The notes under the pieces are model-generated. The model did not search any database. It worked only from the letters and a program-made list of their open reading frames with translations, and was not told the DNA's origin. A stretch of 64,000 nucleotides of DNA from Paraspadella gotoi (lineage: Eukaryota; Animalia; Chaetognatha): contig CM119264.1 in the NCBI GenBank assembly GCA_051294375.1, forward strand, positions 18,833,820 through 18,897,819. Reading direction: 5' to 3'. The first letter of the stretch is position 1; the number at the start of each line of letters is the position of its first letter. The position numbers were made by a program, and so were the translations under genes. Below, in pieces: positions 1-12,685 of the stretch.

Positions 1-3000
1 GAGAGAGATACAGACAGACAGACAGACAGACACAGAGAAAATAACTTAGATCCAACGAAATGATAAAATAAGCAAAAGAAAAACGCCAAAAAACTCAATG
101 TAAAAAAGGAGCAAAAAAAGGTCTAAAATTAGATAAACGAGAAAGCGCGAGATAGCAGTGGGAAAGAAATTCGGGACTGGAATGGAAATACGAGATAAAG
201 GAATATCGTATGTGTATTTATTTTGCTAAAACTATTATTTAAAATAATAAAGAATATATATTGATGACAAAATGTATTATCTCGATACTATTTTCTCTTT
301 TCACTGTAAATTTTCAATTAACCAAACTGGAACCATATCTGTACAATTGAAGCATGGGCAAAACCTTTGGTCACTGTTTTATTACAGCCTGGGATTTTGC
401 CGTCAACAACTGCAATATTCATCTCATTTTGAAAAATGTAAATCCTATACTATAGCTATAGCTATAGCTATAACATATCTCCTTTAGCCAACCAAACTCG
501 ATCTCCCTTCTCAATTTTTCCACACCTCTTTTCCCGATTGCCACCCATCACCCCCTCGCACCAGTCTCCCCCCTTTTTAAACATTCAGCTCCCCCCCCCT
601 TCTCAACAACCACCTCCGCCCTCGTCGCGCTCGACTTTTCCCCTTCGCCGCTTCACGCGCCGGAGAACCGATCATGGCCGCCGCCATTTTCCTATTTTTT
701 TTTTCTGCCAACATTTTTTTGTTGTTTCCGCGCGAATCCTTTGTTTCTTTCCAGCTTTTTTGTTTTTCCGTTTCCAGTTTTACGAGTCGAAACCGACATC
801 GCCGACATAGCTGACGTTGCCGACTTTCGCCGACGCTGCATAATGCGCTGCCATTGGCGAAAAATTGTGGGTGTTAACGTCGCCGATTCCGACGTCAATT
901 ACGCTGTCGATGACGCTAAGGACCGCAATAAGGACGCAAAGGTCGAGGGTCGCGATGACGACTTCCGTTTTTCGTTGTCTATTTCCTTCGAGATCCTTGC
1001 CTCAGTTTTATTTTGGCTTGTCTCTTCACTCTGGACGAATTTTTTTTGTTGCTTCTGCATCTTTGTTTTTTTTTTTTCATTTCATATTCTCTATATTCAT
1101 TTCTAGTTTCTAATAATTATTATTATTATTATTATTATTATAATACATTTTTTTTTCATCAAACTTCGTTTATTGGTTGCGGTCAACGATTTATTGCCCG
1201 CTAAAAAAAATTTACGACTCAAAAAGTTAGTTTTTTTTTTTTTTTTCGTTTTAATCGCATTACCGTTTCTTAATTGTTCACGTTCCTTAGGAACGCGTAA
1301 AACTAAATTAAAACGATTAACTTTTAAATAATGGTCGATTTTTTTTTTCTTCCAAACGAGAAAGATTTATTTTTTATTTCTCCCATAAACATTATTTCTT
1401 GCCTTTCCCAAAGGTGAGAGAAAGAGGGAGACGCTCGAAGGAATGGGTGGATGGATTTAGTCTCAACGACTTTGATATTTTAGCGAGAAAAAAATGTCGA
1501 ATCTGGACATATTTTAATTTGAAATCGAAACTGACCTTTGCTTTTACAGTATTTAATGAAGTAGTTTTTAACATTATGTAATGTTATATTTTTTTATCTT
1601 AGTGTTAGTCTTTTAGTCTGTTGGTGTTAGTCTTAGTGCTAGTCTTTTACGCTGTTTTTGATACCGTTACTGATACCGTTCCAGTCTTTTTACGCTGTTA
1701 TTGATACAGTTTCACTCTTTTTTCGCTGTTAATGATACCGTTGCTATTTTGTATTCAATTATGTTAATATCGTTTTTGTTATTAATAAAAAAAATTTTTA
1801 CTGTTAAAAAAAAACAAAAAACGCCCAAATCGGTAATACGCCCAAAAAAAAAAGTAACGACCGTAAAATATATCACCGTAACATTACCCTCCTTCTAATC
1901 ACCTTTAACTTACTTCGCTCCACCTCATCACCATTACCTCACTTCACCGACCACAAAACGAGAGGCTCATCCGGGACTCAAAACTGCCGCCGCGAATACA
2001 AACTACCCTCGGAGAGGATTCCGGCCAATAACGGCTAGTAACAATTCTCTCAACGGGCTCGGGGAAAGGTCGGTCGGTCGGTCGGTTAGTCTGTCGGTTT
2101 ATCGATCTCTCTGTCGGTAGGTGGATCGATCGGTTCGTCTGTCAGTAAAGTTCTAGAAATGAATAAGAAGGTAAAAATTATTTAAAAAGATTGAAATAGA
2201 GAAAATGAAAAGATTAAGATAAAGTTGTACAATTTTTGAAGCACAGAATGGTGAAATCTTGCTCTCTGATGCCGAAGATTTTTTTGTTAATTTTTTGATC
2301 TTTTGTTCTGTCCTGAAACTGGTTGAGTATTTGTCGAATCCAGTAAAGCAAAGATTTCTGACGAAAGTGAAAATTAGTCGAGAGTAAATGAAGATTCGGT
2401 GGCCGAAACTTTAGCCGGAAGCCCAAGTCGGAAAAGATAATCACCGTTAAGCGACTCGAAAATCACCGAAAGCTTCGTCCCGCCATTTCGCTCACTCACC
2501 CGTCTCCCTCACGGCTTCGCTCACTTCCTTCGACCACATCTCATCCCATTCGTTCGCAACGCAGAAATTCGCCACCCCTGACGAAGGTTCAACATTTCCA
2601 CTCTTCCCTACGATTCGCCACTCCTCGGCATCCCTTCGTTTTGCCACCGAAACCAGCAACGTCGCCACCCACTCCTTCCCGCCACCCCGTGTCGTTTGTT
2701 CTCGCCAAGTTGCGCGAATCAGCCGCAAGGCCGTTTCGTCCTCATTACCTGAGCTGCGATGCATCATTAAGGAAGGAGTCTTTCCGAGAGGAACCAGCCG
2801 AGTCCTTGATGATGAAGAGCCGCGGGCTGGGCAAGGGCGGGCTGGGTGGGGACAAGCTGGGTGGGTGCGAGTTTGGATTGGCGGGTAGGTTGGGTTTGAA
2901 GAAGATGGATGGCGATGGATGGTGAAATGGAAAAAGAAAAGCCAGGGAGATCAGCTGAATTTTGAATGTTAGTGAGTCAGACAATCCGAGGAGAGAAACA

Positions 3001-3643
3001 GGGAGAAAATTTTTTTTCTCAATGCCGAAGCGAAATCGGTCAGTTGGAGAAAAACCGTTATTAGAAAAGGATAAAAGTTTGTTTGTTTTTTTTTTGGGCT
3101 AAAAAGAAGAGAAATAGAGAAAAATAAAATGGGAAGCCGAAGAGTAAAGAGGGGTGATTAAATCCCTAGCTGGTCCGGGCACCCGGGGGGGGGGGCGGGG
3201 CGGGAAGATTTCACGCCGGGGGCCAACGCGCCTTTCTTGATTAAACCGAAACCCCGGGCGAAGGAGACTCTTCGCCCTTCCGTCGACGGCGGCGCGAGGC
3301 GCAGTTTCGTGGCGGGAATGACGCCGTGATGAGTCGTTGAGAAGACGAGATGGAAGTTTAAAGGGTGAAAGATGGAGAGGGATTGGGGATTGGGGAAGGG
3401 GGAAGTGGTAGGGGATGAGGAAGGAGACGGAATTCGTTCCCGAAGAGAGAAGTGGAAATAAGAATCATCGGTGAGACCGAAAAAAGGAGGATGGCGTCGG
3501 GAGTGAAAGGAAGAGTGGTGAAGTGCGAGGTGGTGAGGGGTGAGGTGAGGGGGTCCGTGAACGATTTGGTTGACTGTTCACCAAGACTGGTGGATTGAGA
3601 ACTGACTGACTGACTGAGCTGGGTGGAAGAGAAAATGAAGGAT

Positions 3644-3889
3644 TGTGGTGGTATATTCAACCCGCCTCATCGTTCAAGCCAAATCCATTGGCTCAGAGGG
3701 GGAACACACCATCCCAAGCGTAGTGTTCCATCCACAGTCCTAACGACTCCCTCTGCGATGGAAAAGCGAGACCGTCCTAGGGGTAACCGCGCCAGTGACT
3801 GGAGGCGTCACTGAGGGTCGGAAGCCCCAAAGCCAACAGTGAGATGCCCCATTTCAATGGGCATCACAGGCAACCCGGCTGTTGCCATA
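3644..3889 (+). mobile_element. ~246-bp solo-LTR/retrozyme-like element carrying a twister ribozyme (copy 1)
   Basis: Clearly homologous to 34826-35065. Starts TGTGG, ends CCATA, and is flanked by the direct repeat GGAT (3640-3643 / 3890-3893). Several internal hairpins. Confidence 0.8.
3757..3837 (+). ncRNA. Twister self-cleaving ribozyme, P5-type circular permutation
   Basis: Manual fit to the twister consensus. P1 UCC(3775-77)/GGG(3781-83); UAA 3784-86 (cleavage U^A); P2 CCGC(3787-90)/GCGA(3766-69, one mismatch); GC(3791-92) pseudoknot with GC(3824-25); P3 CAGUGAC/GUCACUG; P4 GGG/CCC closing U-CGG-AA-GC; CGG(3819-21) pseudoknot with CCG(3772-74) preceded by GA; P5 GAUGG/CCAAC. Confidence 0.8.
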
Positions 3890-5932
3890 GGATGAGGGAG
3901 GGGATTGGATCTTCGGGAGGAGTATATTATTACCTCCGCGGGTGTGGTCAAGATCTGATTTCATTGGTCTCCTGGTCCTCGAATTGATTAACGGACAAAA
4001 ACAAGGAATTCGGGAAAAACAAAGGAACAAAATGAGACTGAAAAAAAAAGGCGCAACCTTTGGAGACAAAAATAAAAAGAACTGAAAAGTAACTTTACAA
4101 GGAACCTTGGAACCTCTTATCCTATTTTTAAAGATATTTACTGAAAAAACACTTTACTTTTCCTCTAAAACGATGTGAGATTCGTTCAAAGCTCATTCCG
4201 TTACGGTGTTCGTATCGACTATTATGCTCAAGGAGAATGAAGGAAAAAAGCGGTGAGAGAGAGGGAGAGAGAGAGAGAGAGGATTCTAAACCCGGAAATT
4301 GATTTATCTCCAAAAAAATTTTCAGTATTCCGTACATTAACGCGTCTACGAACAATGTTAGTATGTTACCATTTTACCATGTTACAATTTTATCCGCCAG
4401 CAATAAAACTTGCTCTAATCCTTTTAACTTTTCAACGCTATAAATAATTACGTAGCTCTGAATTGTTTCAGTCCTTAATTCTCCACGGTAACGTAAAAGC
4501 AAAAGAAGAAAAACCCGAACTTATGTTTTGTTAAAACGAGAGAACAATTTCTAGTATAAAATATACAAATAAAAGAAAAATATAAAAACACAAAAGAGGA
4601 AGAAATAATAAAAATTGTTTCGAACGCTGAAGAAAGCTGCGCCCCAGGCGAAAAACCGGATCAGGGGTGAATAATGAATTTAGTTGCGAGAAGAAGAGTC
4701 AGAGACAGAAGGAATCGAGGGTAAAAGGAAAGAAAGAAAGAAAGAAATTAAAAAAAAAGAAAAAAGAAAGAAAAAAAGAAAGAAAGAAAGAAAGAAAGAA
4801 ATAAACCGGAAACGGTGAGCGAGGAAGTAGACGAAGGTGGAATGGAAAGGTGACGGCACCCAGAAAAAAAAGGAGAGAAAAAGAGAAGAGCTGATGTATA
4901 AAAGGAAGAAAGATTGAGCGTTGTTGATGAATGGTTGTGTCCCCCAAGGACCGCGAGCTCCGGATAGACTCGCCCTTCTAATCCGAGCCCCCATATTTTA
5001 TGCCTCTTTTTTTCGGCGTGATTTAAAGAAAAAAACATTAAAGAAGTAAAAGTAAATTTTCAGGCTTCAACGCCGTTATGGAACTTATCTGAGCAATACC
5101 TTCATATTTTACATAGGATTAACAATTTAATATTATTTTTTAAATCTTCATTGCAACCCTTAAGTAATATCCTAATCATTCACCTTTAATGCTAAAAAAA
5201 AAACGAGTAAAAATATTTATTTCGTCGACTTCACTAGTTTCTCAGTTTTTTTTGTTTTTTTTTAATTTAAATAATTTACGGTTTTTGTTGATAACTAAAG
5301 GCAAAGCCGATTTGGGAAATATTTTCTAAACTAATAAATCTATTTAGGAAATGATTATTTACTCTCTCTCTCTCTCTCTCTCTCTTCCGGTCTCGTCTCT
5401 CTCTCTCTCTCTCTCTCTTTTTCTTTTTCTCTTTCCCTCTCTCTCTATCACACACAGCCTCTTTCCTACACTTCATGAATGATACGAATAGAATCTATGG
5501 GGAATGGAAGAATGATAAATGAGGGACTCGTGGGAATTATCTATTTTTCTGTTTTTGTTTTTAGTGATTTTTTTTTTCATTCGCCGAGAGCCGCTGATAT
5601 CACTGCAAAGCGTTGCTGCCAATCGAGCGCAGTGGGCGCCTTGATGGTGCCGACGGGCCGATGTCTCGTTCGATGCCCACGACGAGAATTTTCTCAAAAA
5701 AGTTCGTCGAATCATTTCAGTAGGGATAGACTAGAAGGAGGCATATTGAGCAGATATACTATGACTTCGTTAATTACTTTATGCTCTTTATGTGAAAATT
5801 CGGTAAAACTCAGTATTCTCAGTTTTAATAACTCCGGCGAATGTCTCTACGATTCTGCTTTGACTAAATAAAAGAGGAAAGAAAAGCGAAGCCGACCTTT
5901 CAGATCGAGACATAAACAAAAGAGGGCGGAAC

Positions 5933-6086
5933 CCGACGGGCGGACCGACGGAGATACCGACGGGCGGACCGACGGAGATACCGACGGGCAGACCGACGGA
6001 GATACCGACGGGCAGACCGACGGTGATTCGACCAATTTAAGAACCGGACGGATTTCGGATTCCGTCGGCTTTCAAATCGGTTATTG
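5933..6086. repeat. GC-rich tandem repeat (12-bp CCGACGG-core units, 24-bp higher-order period) followed by an inverted core copy
   Basis: ccgacgggcgga/ccgacggagata units alternate about 8 times in 5933-6023; an inverted ccgtcgg lies near 6062-6068. Confidence 0.7.
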
Positions 6087-7956
6087 CCGTGGTTATAATT
6101 TTTTTGTTGGCAACGGACATTAAATCATAATTCCGACGTGAGACCTTCGGACTTACGCAATACGAATGCCAACACACGAATCTATAAATACCGAACAAGG
6201 AGAGAGAGGAGAGAGAGAGAGAGAGAGGAGAAGAGAGAGAGAGGAGAAGAGAGAGAGAGAGAGAGAGAGAGGAGGAGAGAGAGAGAGAGAATTGAAGTGA
6301 ATTTGAATTGAATTGAATTGGAACAGTACATGACCCTGGACAGCAACTAGTACGTCTAAGGGGTATTTTGTTTTTTGTGTTAAAATACATGATGTAAAAG
6401 CGTACGGAATGTCACTAAAGGCGATCATTCACTTGGATTCTCTGTTCATTTGTTTTCCAAACGTTTTCAAATCGTTCAATCAGCTAACATGAGATACAAT
6501 TTGGATTAAGTTACAGAGAGAGAGAGAAAGGGAGAGAGAGAGGGAGAGAGGGAAAGATAGAGAGAGGGATAGAGAGAGGGAGAGAGAGAGAGACGCTTTT
6601 GCCAGAAACATCATCAACGAAATTTACCTGATTTCATACTAACCGCCTTATGACCTACCATTTTTTTATTTATGGAACAAGAAACTAGAAAACAGCGACC
6701 CTAACTACGGGAAAAGGATGGAGTCGACATAACGAAGCTATTGTCAATAAGTGGAAGAAAGACAGAAAAACAGTTACCGACAAATTCTCTGCGATTTGCA
6801 TCCTTTTGATATTTTTTTTCGCTATCTGTGTTGTTGAGCCTTAACTCCTTAAACTCAATCCCCGCTTCTCCCCTCCCTCGCGTAACAAAATCCCCACTCG
6901 AAAGTTGACCCTCGTCGCCCAATGATTCTCTCGAAGCCGGAAATTGATTCAGGCAACTCTCTGACCTCTTCCACACCCCTTTCACATTTCTTCTTTCACC
7001 CTATCCGACACCTTCAGTCTCACCATACAAAATTTGGAGAGCTTTAACGCTTTTATTTTAATAAATATTCAAAATTGAAATATTTTCCGTTATGTTTTTA
7101 ATAAAAAAAATGTTCACCTTAATGATAATAGTTATATTGATATTCTGAATTCAAATGTGAATTTATTTGTTCTCAAAAGCTGCTTTTTAAACTTAAAAGA
7201 TTTTTTTAAAAGTATGTAACAGTCTAAAAAAGAATATTCGGGTTTTCAAACATTTATAAAAAGCTTCTTTCTGTGTGGATGAAAATAGTATTTAAAATGA
7301 TAGTAAAAAAATTATGAACCATAAACTAAAGAGGCTCTGTTATCTACGACTAGATATCGAAGGGCGAGGATAGAATTTATCGATGTCAGTAATTAATCCC
7401 AAGGAAAACAAAAGGGAACTGAACGTAGAGCAAAACGGAAGGGGGAACTGAGAAGAAGAGAAGAAAAATATTACGTTTACGAACATAAAAAAAAGATATT
7501 CTTTTTCATGGCTTCGTCATAAAAATAAAAACGGTGAGTTAAATGAGAAAGAAAGAAGTCAGGACTTTTTCTCCATTTTCTTGTTCCAGATCTTTTCCGT
7601 TATTTTCTACCTTTATTCTTCTTTTTTTTTTATTCTCTTGTAAACCATGTCTACTTTTTTCCACTTCTATTGTTCCGTTCTTCGCCCATACCAGGTGTTG
7701 TGATATCAGATCACTTTATCCTTATTGGCCTTTTATTTTATCTGTCGAGAAGTTCGTTTTAACTTTATTTTTTTGACTCACTGAGAATCGTTAGACTTAC
7801 TATGACTTACTACTTTGGATTGAGATGTAACGGGAGGTTCGAGAATTTACCACCTCCCCTCCGTTATCAAGCTCGTCAAAAGTCTTAATACGCCGCCAAC
7901 TTTGACGAAACGTCTTCACACTTATTGTTGCGAAATTCTATCGCTCTCTCCTCTTC

Positions 7957-8032
<76 letters not shown>

Positions 8033-8123
8033 ATCTTCTCTCTCTCTCTCTCCTCTTTTTCATCGATTCATTAATCTCGCTTCGATTCCGTCAATTCTAA
8101 TCCTATTTCCTTTCATCCTTATT

Positions 8124-8250
8124 ACCGGGGCCCCGGATGAAATCCCTATTACGTGGCCCGGATGAAATCCTTATTGCGATCCCGTATGTAATTCTCTCGA
8201 CCGGGTCCGGATGTAACCGTCGGGGTTGCGGCAGGATTTAATCCTAGCGG
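8124..8250. repeat. Degenerate ~24-bp tandem repeat (CCGGATGWAATCC core)
   Basis: Successive units cccggatgaaatcc, cccggatgaaatcc, cccgtatgtaattc, tccggatgtaacc, gcaggatttaatcc. Confidence 0.55.
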
Positions 8251-9542
8251 AATGTCTCCCATTTCCGCCAATGGTTGTTTTCCGCTTTCTCGTCAGGTTC
8301 CGGTGGCAATGACGCGGAAGCAGACGACGGCGACGACAAAGACGATGACGAAGACGACGACAGTGGCGACGATGACGGCGCCGACCATTTTGAGTCTCTG
8401 GCCAAAAAGAAATAAGGCACAAATACGACAACGGCTAATAGGAGTAAGTCATTAGAAAGACGAAAGAATCAATTTATTACCATAATGTTTACTAATAGGC
8501 TTCTTTTTGATAAACAATTGTGGTGAAAAAATGTTATGATAGCAACATTACACGCCCTTATTGTTTGTGCCATTCGTTTCAAAAAACGGTAAAACAATTT
8601 GATCAGATTCACTGGCGTCTTTGTCAGCGTCGTTTACGTCGTTGGCGCAGTAAGCGTCGTTGGCGAAGTTGGCGTCACTTTTCTGACCAAAAATGATGAG
8701 TCAGCAGAAAAAGAATCGCGGATGGATTCGGGCAAACGTCGAAAAATTTCAACCTCGTCCTTTCTGCGAAAGACAGGTGTTCTCTGACAATTGTTTTAAA
8801 TAGAAACAAATACGGCCTTCCGGATATATATATCAATAAAAATAACCACAACTCCACTACTAATGAAATTAAATTTTCAAGTAAATTTAATTCTTAAAGA
8901 AGAGACATTGGCTTTATTTAATAAATCATATGGTCATTTTCAAGGTGTAGTTTTCGCAAGCGAACAAACACAACGTAATATTCGAAAGATCTTTTGTTTG
9001 GACGAGATCTCCCGCTTTTTCGAAACCCCAAAGGCATCGATTCTCAAGAGGGCATTCGTAGTGCGTGAGTGTTTGTGTGGATTAGGTCATAATAGACAGT
9101 TTGCTTTGAGCGTGCGTTTATTCACGGAGAATTCACATTATCCTACGGGTTTCCTGGGGCCATTTCAACCCTAGTAGTCAGTGAGACTTTAAAGTGACGT
9201 TGAGCCCGATAACAGAATTCAGCCCAAGCAGCCTTTTTCTTATAAAAGTTTTTTTTGTTTTGGTCAAAGACTATTTCAATCTTAGGTTTTCTGTTCGTTC
9301 GTTGATTGTTTGGCTGGATTTAATTAAATTAGCATTTGTTTACGTGGAATCATTAGCGATATAGGAGCGTTGCAGAGCATGACGAAACTGCAAACCGTTA
9401 GCGTTATTTTCTTTTTGAATTGCCCAACAAGATTCCATCAACCGGCGCTTAAATTAATTCACTCATTTATCACCCTTAAGTGAATGAAATGCTTCAACCG
9501 AGTTCATTTCGTCGTTTTCTTAATCAACTGCTGCCGCATTTC

Positions 9543-9619
<77 letters not shown>

Positions 9620-10242
9620 TTTCTTCAACCCCTTCTTCACATCCACTCTTTCTCCCCTCTCATTTTCTCGGGCCTTGTTTAGTCTGGAAGGAGCAATTTC
9701 TCGTCGCGAAGATCAAAACACGGTTTTTCTTTTAATCCTTTGACTTTTTAAGCAATTTTTTTTTTTTAATCTTTTCAAACACGTGAATTTTTTTTTTCTT
9801 GTTCTTTTTTTCACGTTCATTTTTTCCTTTTCTCTTACACATCTATTCATTTTATTTTCTCTTATTTATTTTAAATTATCTTTAGTCTTTCAATTCATTT
9901 TATAAGGATTTATTTATGCACTATATCTTACGTACGTAGTTGGTTGCGAGTGACAATTATTAAGTGTGCAAAATATCAGACAAGAGTTTGCTCGGCAAAA
10001 ATGAAAGTCTTTTAAAAAACATTGTGTAATGACAAGTTTTTCTTATGTATTCAATCGAAAAACTGGCTATCACGATGGATCGAAATATTTTTTTTTCTTT
10101 CCTCGTTTTGAAATAGAAACAATTAAAAAATGAGATGTAAAAAGCAAAATGGTCCTGCATTGAGTTAGTGAATGTCTCTCCCTCTCCTTTCTTTCTCTAA
10201 CTTTCTCCAAAATTTTTGCTCTAAATATTAAATTTATTACAA

Positions 10243-10412
10243 TTTAACCTTTAATCGATCCTTTAACCTTTAACCTTTAACCTTTAACCTTCAACCTTTA
10301 ACCGATCCAATAATCACAGCTTTGAATGAATGAATAATGAATGAATGAATGAATGAATGAATGAATGAATGAATGAATGAATGAATGAATGAATGAATGA
10401 ATGAATGAAATA

Positions 10413-10444
<32 letters not shown>

Positions 10445-10472
10445 AGCCAGCCAGCCAGCCAGCCAGCCAGCC
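10243..10472. repeat. Compound microsatellite (TTTAACC)n-(TGAA)n-(AAAG)n-(CCAG)n
   Basis: Directly visible adjacent simple repeats. Confidence 0.9.
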
Positions 10473-11454
10473 ATTTGGATTCGGACATTTACTTTAATGT
10501 GGTGGAAATGTGCATCAGTTTTGCTCGGCTCGTTTCCCGCTGATTTTTCTCCGCAACGTGTTGGCAAATATATCGAACGACTCTGATTCAGAAGAGTACT
10601 ATCATCGAACCGCGACCATAACAACAAAAATAATCATTTAAATTCATGATAATATCGTTCATTCAAGAAAATTCCACTTAAATATTATTGCGGTTCTAAA
10701 ATGGTAAGCACTAAGTCTAAGGATTCCCGAATTATATTAGTTGCTTTGTGTGTTTTCATAATATTTTTAATTACAAGCATGGTTGATAAACATAAGCTTT
10801 CGTGCGCTATTTTAATCACAAGGATTCAATGACACACAAATTGCGAAGATACACACGACGATACGCCGCCTGGAGACACGGAGGCCAAAAGATAAACAAA
10901 CAAAAGCCATCTTGATTCTTGAGTCTTTCGCAAACCAAATAGAAAAGAGTGCGCTTGTGCGTGCCGACAGAGAATGCGCGATGGAGACAAGGGTTCACGT
11001 TTTCGCGTCATTGTTTGTCCCCGCGCCCACGTCTGACTACTTTCATTTAGAGTTGACATACTATATTCGTTTAGAAGAATAATTTCTCCCCTCATTTCTC
11101 ATATTAACTGTTACTCCGCTTGCAAGCTTGCTCGCTGCTTCGCACTCTTTGACATGGTGGCGCGAAATCTGGGAATTGAATTTCGCTGTTTTGATTTTTC
11201 TCCTTTGAAATTCAATTTTCAGAGAGATTGTAGAGGCAGAGAACTTTTTTTTTCACATCTCTGAATAGGGATTTATTTCTCCTTTCTTTGAAACTCCTGT
11301 CAAAACGATTTCGACGTTTGCTTATTCAATTCAGTTCTGCCACTCTTTATCTTTTGTTAGCTTTTCAAGAATTAACTATTGTGTAACTAATGTGTATATA
11401 CTCTCTTTTCGTTGTTTTTGAAGTATTAGGAGAAAAAAGTTTTGGTTTGACATA

Positions 11455-11510
11455 ATTAGCCAGACATGTTTCGGCTCATTCAGTTAGAGCCTTCATCAGT
11501 ACTTTGACAA
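11455..11510 (-). ncRNA. Type I minimal hammerhead ribozyme (intact core)
   Basis: Minus strand reads CUGAUGA-A-GGCUC-uaacugaau-GAGCC-GAAA-CAUG-UC: a 5-bp helix II, a palindromic minimal helix III and a GUC cleavage triplet. Confidence 0.75.
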
Positions 11511-11539
11511 TCAATATTGAAGTCTCTGTTGAAGTTAGT

Positions 11540-11583
<44 letters not shown>

Positions 11584-11741
11584 TGAGGGAGAGTTTCCAA
11601 CAAAGAATAAGGGACAGTGGTCAGATGTGAGGACAGCTGAAGGTGAGGAGAGGGAAGAAGTAAGTTTGTGAAAAATTAAAAGAGAGTGGGAGAGAGAGAG
11701 AGAGAGTGTGAGAGCAAAAAATTAAACAATACATTTAGCAA

Positions 11742-12444
11742 TGTACAATAAGGCGTAGTGAAAGTTACATATGAAAATTCTAAAATGTTCACATTTATGA
11801 ACAATGCATTTACCATCAGTGAACATTAATTTGTAAAAAAAAAATAATTTTAATGCTTTTTTTAATTTTCGCAGTAGCTATATTATTATATATAGTACTA
11901 TCCTATAAAAATCGAAAAATTTCAAAATAGGCTTTTCTTAATTTGATTACAGATTTGAATTCCTCGTCAAAAGTTTATAAAAGAACAATAAATCCGTTCA
12001 TAAAATATTAAAATAAAAAATAGTGAAACAAGTAATTTGCAAATTTTCATATAAATTATTTTTTTTAAAATTGTTTCATTAAGTGGGTTAAAAATTAAAA
12101 AAATATTTTAATTATTTAAAAAAAAGTTAATTTTTCAGCTTAAAATATAGCTTTTTCTAATTTGACGCCACTTAATGAAGGAATTTTTAAAAAAGATTAT
12201 ATTCTTTTTATCAACTTTTTATGACGAATCCAAATCTGCAAAAAATCTTAGAAAAACTTTTTTGAAATTTTAACATTTATTGGTTTAGTTACTAATATAA
12301 ATATGGCCTACTGTGTAAATTGGTAAAATATTAATATAATTTTTTTTATTATATAAATGTTCATTAGTATAATGTTGTTCATTCCTCACTTTTAGAATTT
12401 TAATTAAAGTTAAATTTAGAAATTTACTAACGCCTTAATGTACA
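11742..12444. mobile_element. Degenerate AT-rich foldback MITE-like element nested between the hammerhead arms
   Basis: Termini tgtaca(a/t)taaggcg...cgccttaatgtaca. Imperfect inverted homology extends roughly 250 bp inward (aaaattctaaaa, gcagtag, aaatttcaaaa, cagattt-gaatt blocks). Confidence 0.6.
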
Positions 12445-12558
12445 AACAGAGATAAAGTGCAATAAATTAATTAAACTTAAAAACAAACTTACTTCTTCCT
12501 CTCCTCACTTCAGCTGTCCTCACATCTGACCACTGTTGGAAAGTCTTCCTCAATTTCC

Positions 12559-12589
<31 letters not shown>

Positions 12590-12631
12590 CTCTCTCTCAA
12601 AACTAACTTTCAACAGAGACTTCAATATTGA

Positions 12632-12685
12632 TTGTCAAAGCACTGATGAAGTCTCTAACTGAATGAGCCGAACATGTCTGGCTAA
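12632..12685 (+). ncRNA. Type I minimal hammerhead ribozyme (degenerate copy)
   Basis: CTGATGA-A-GTCTC...GAGCC-GAA-CATGTC. It has one helix II mismatch and lacks one A of GAAA relative to the left-arm copy. Confidence 0.55.

Noticed and set aside
3645-3745. Hairpin-ribozyme-like words (GUGGUAUAUU, ACAGUCCU) in the twister element
   Set aside because: The partner AGAA loop A and AGAAACA loop B strands are absent; likely coincidence.
5933-6023. CRISPR-like array
   Set aside because: Eukaryotic context; units are contiguous with no unique spacers.
10243-10302. Interstitial telomeric repeat
   Set aside because: (TTTAACC)n does not match TTAGGG, TTAGG or TTAGGC; treated as a simple microsatellite.
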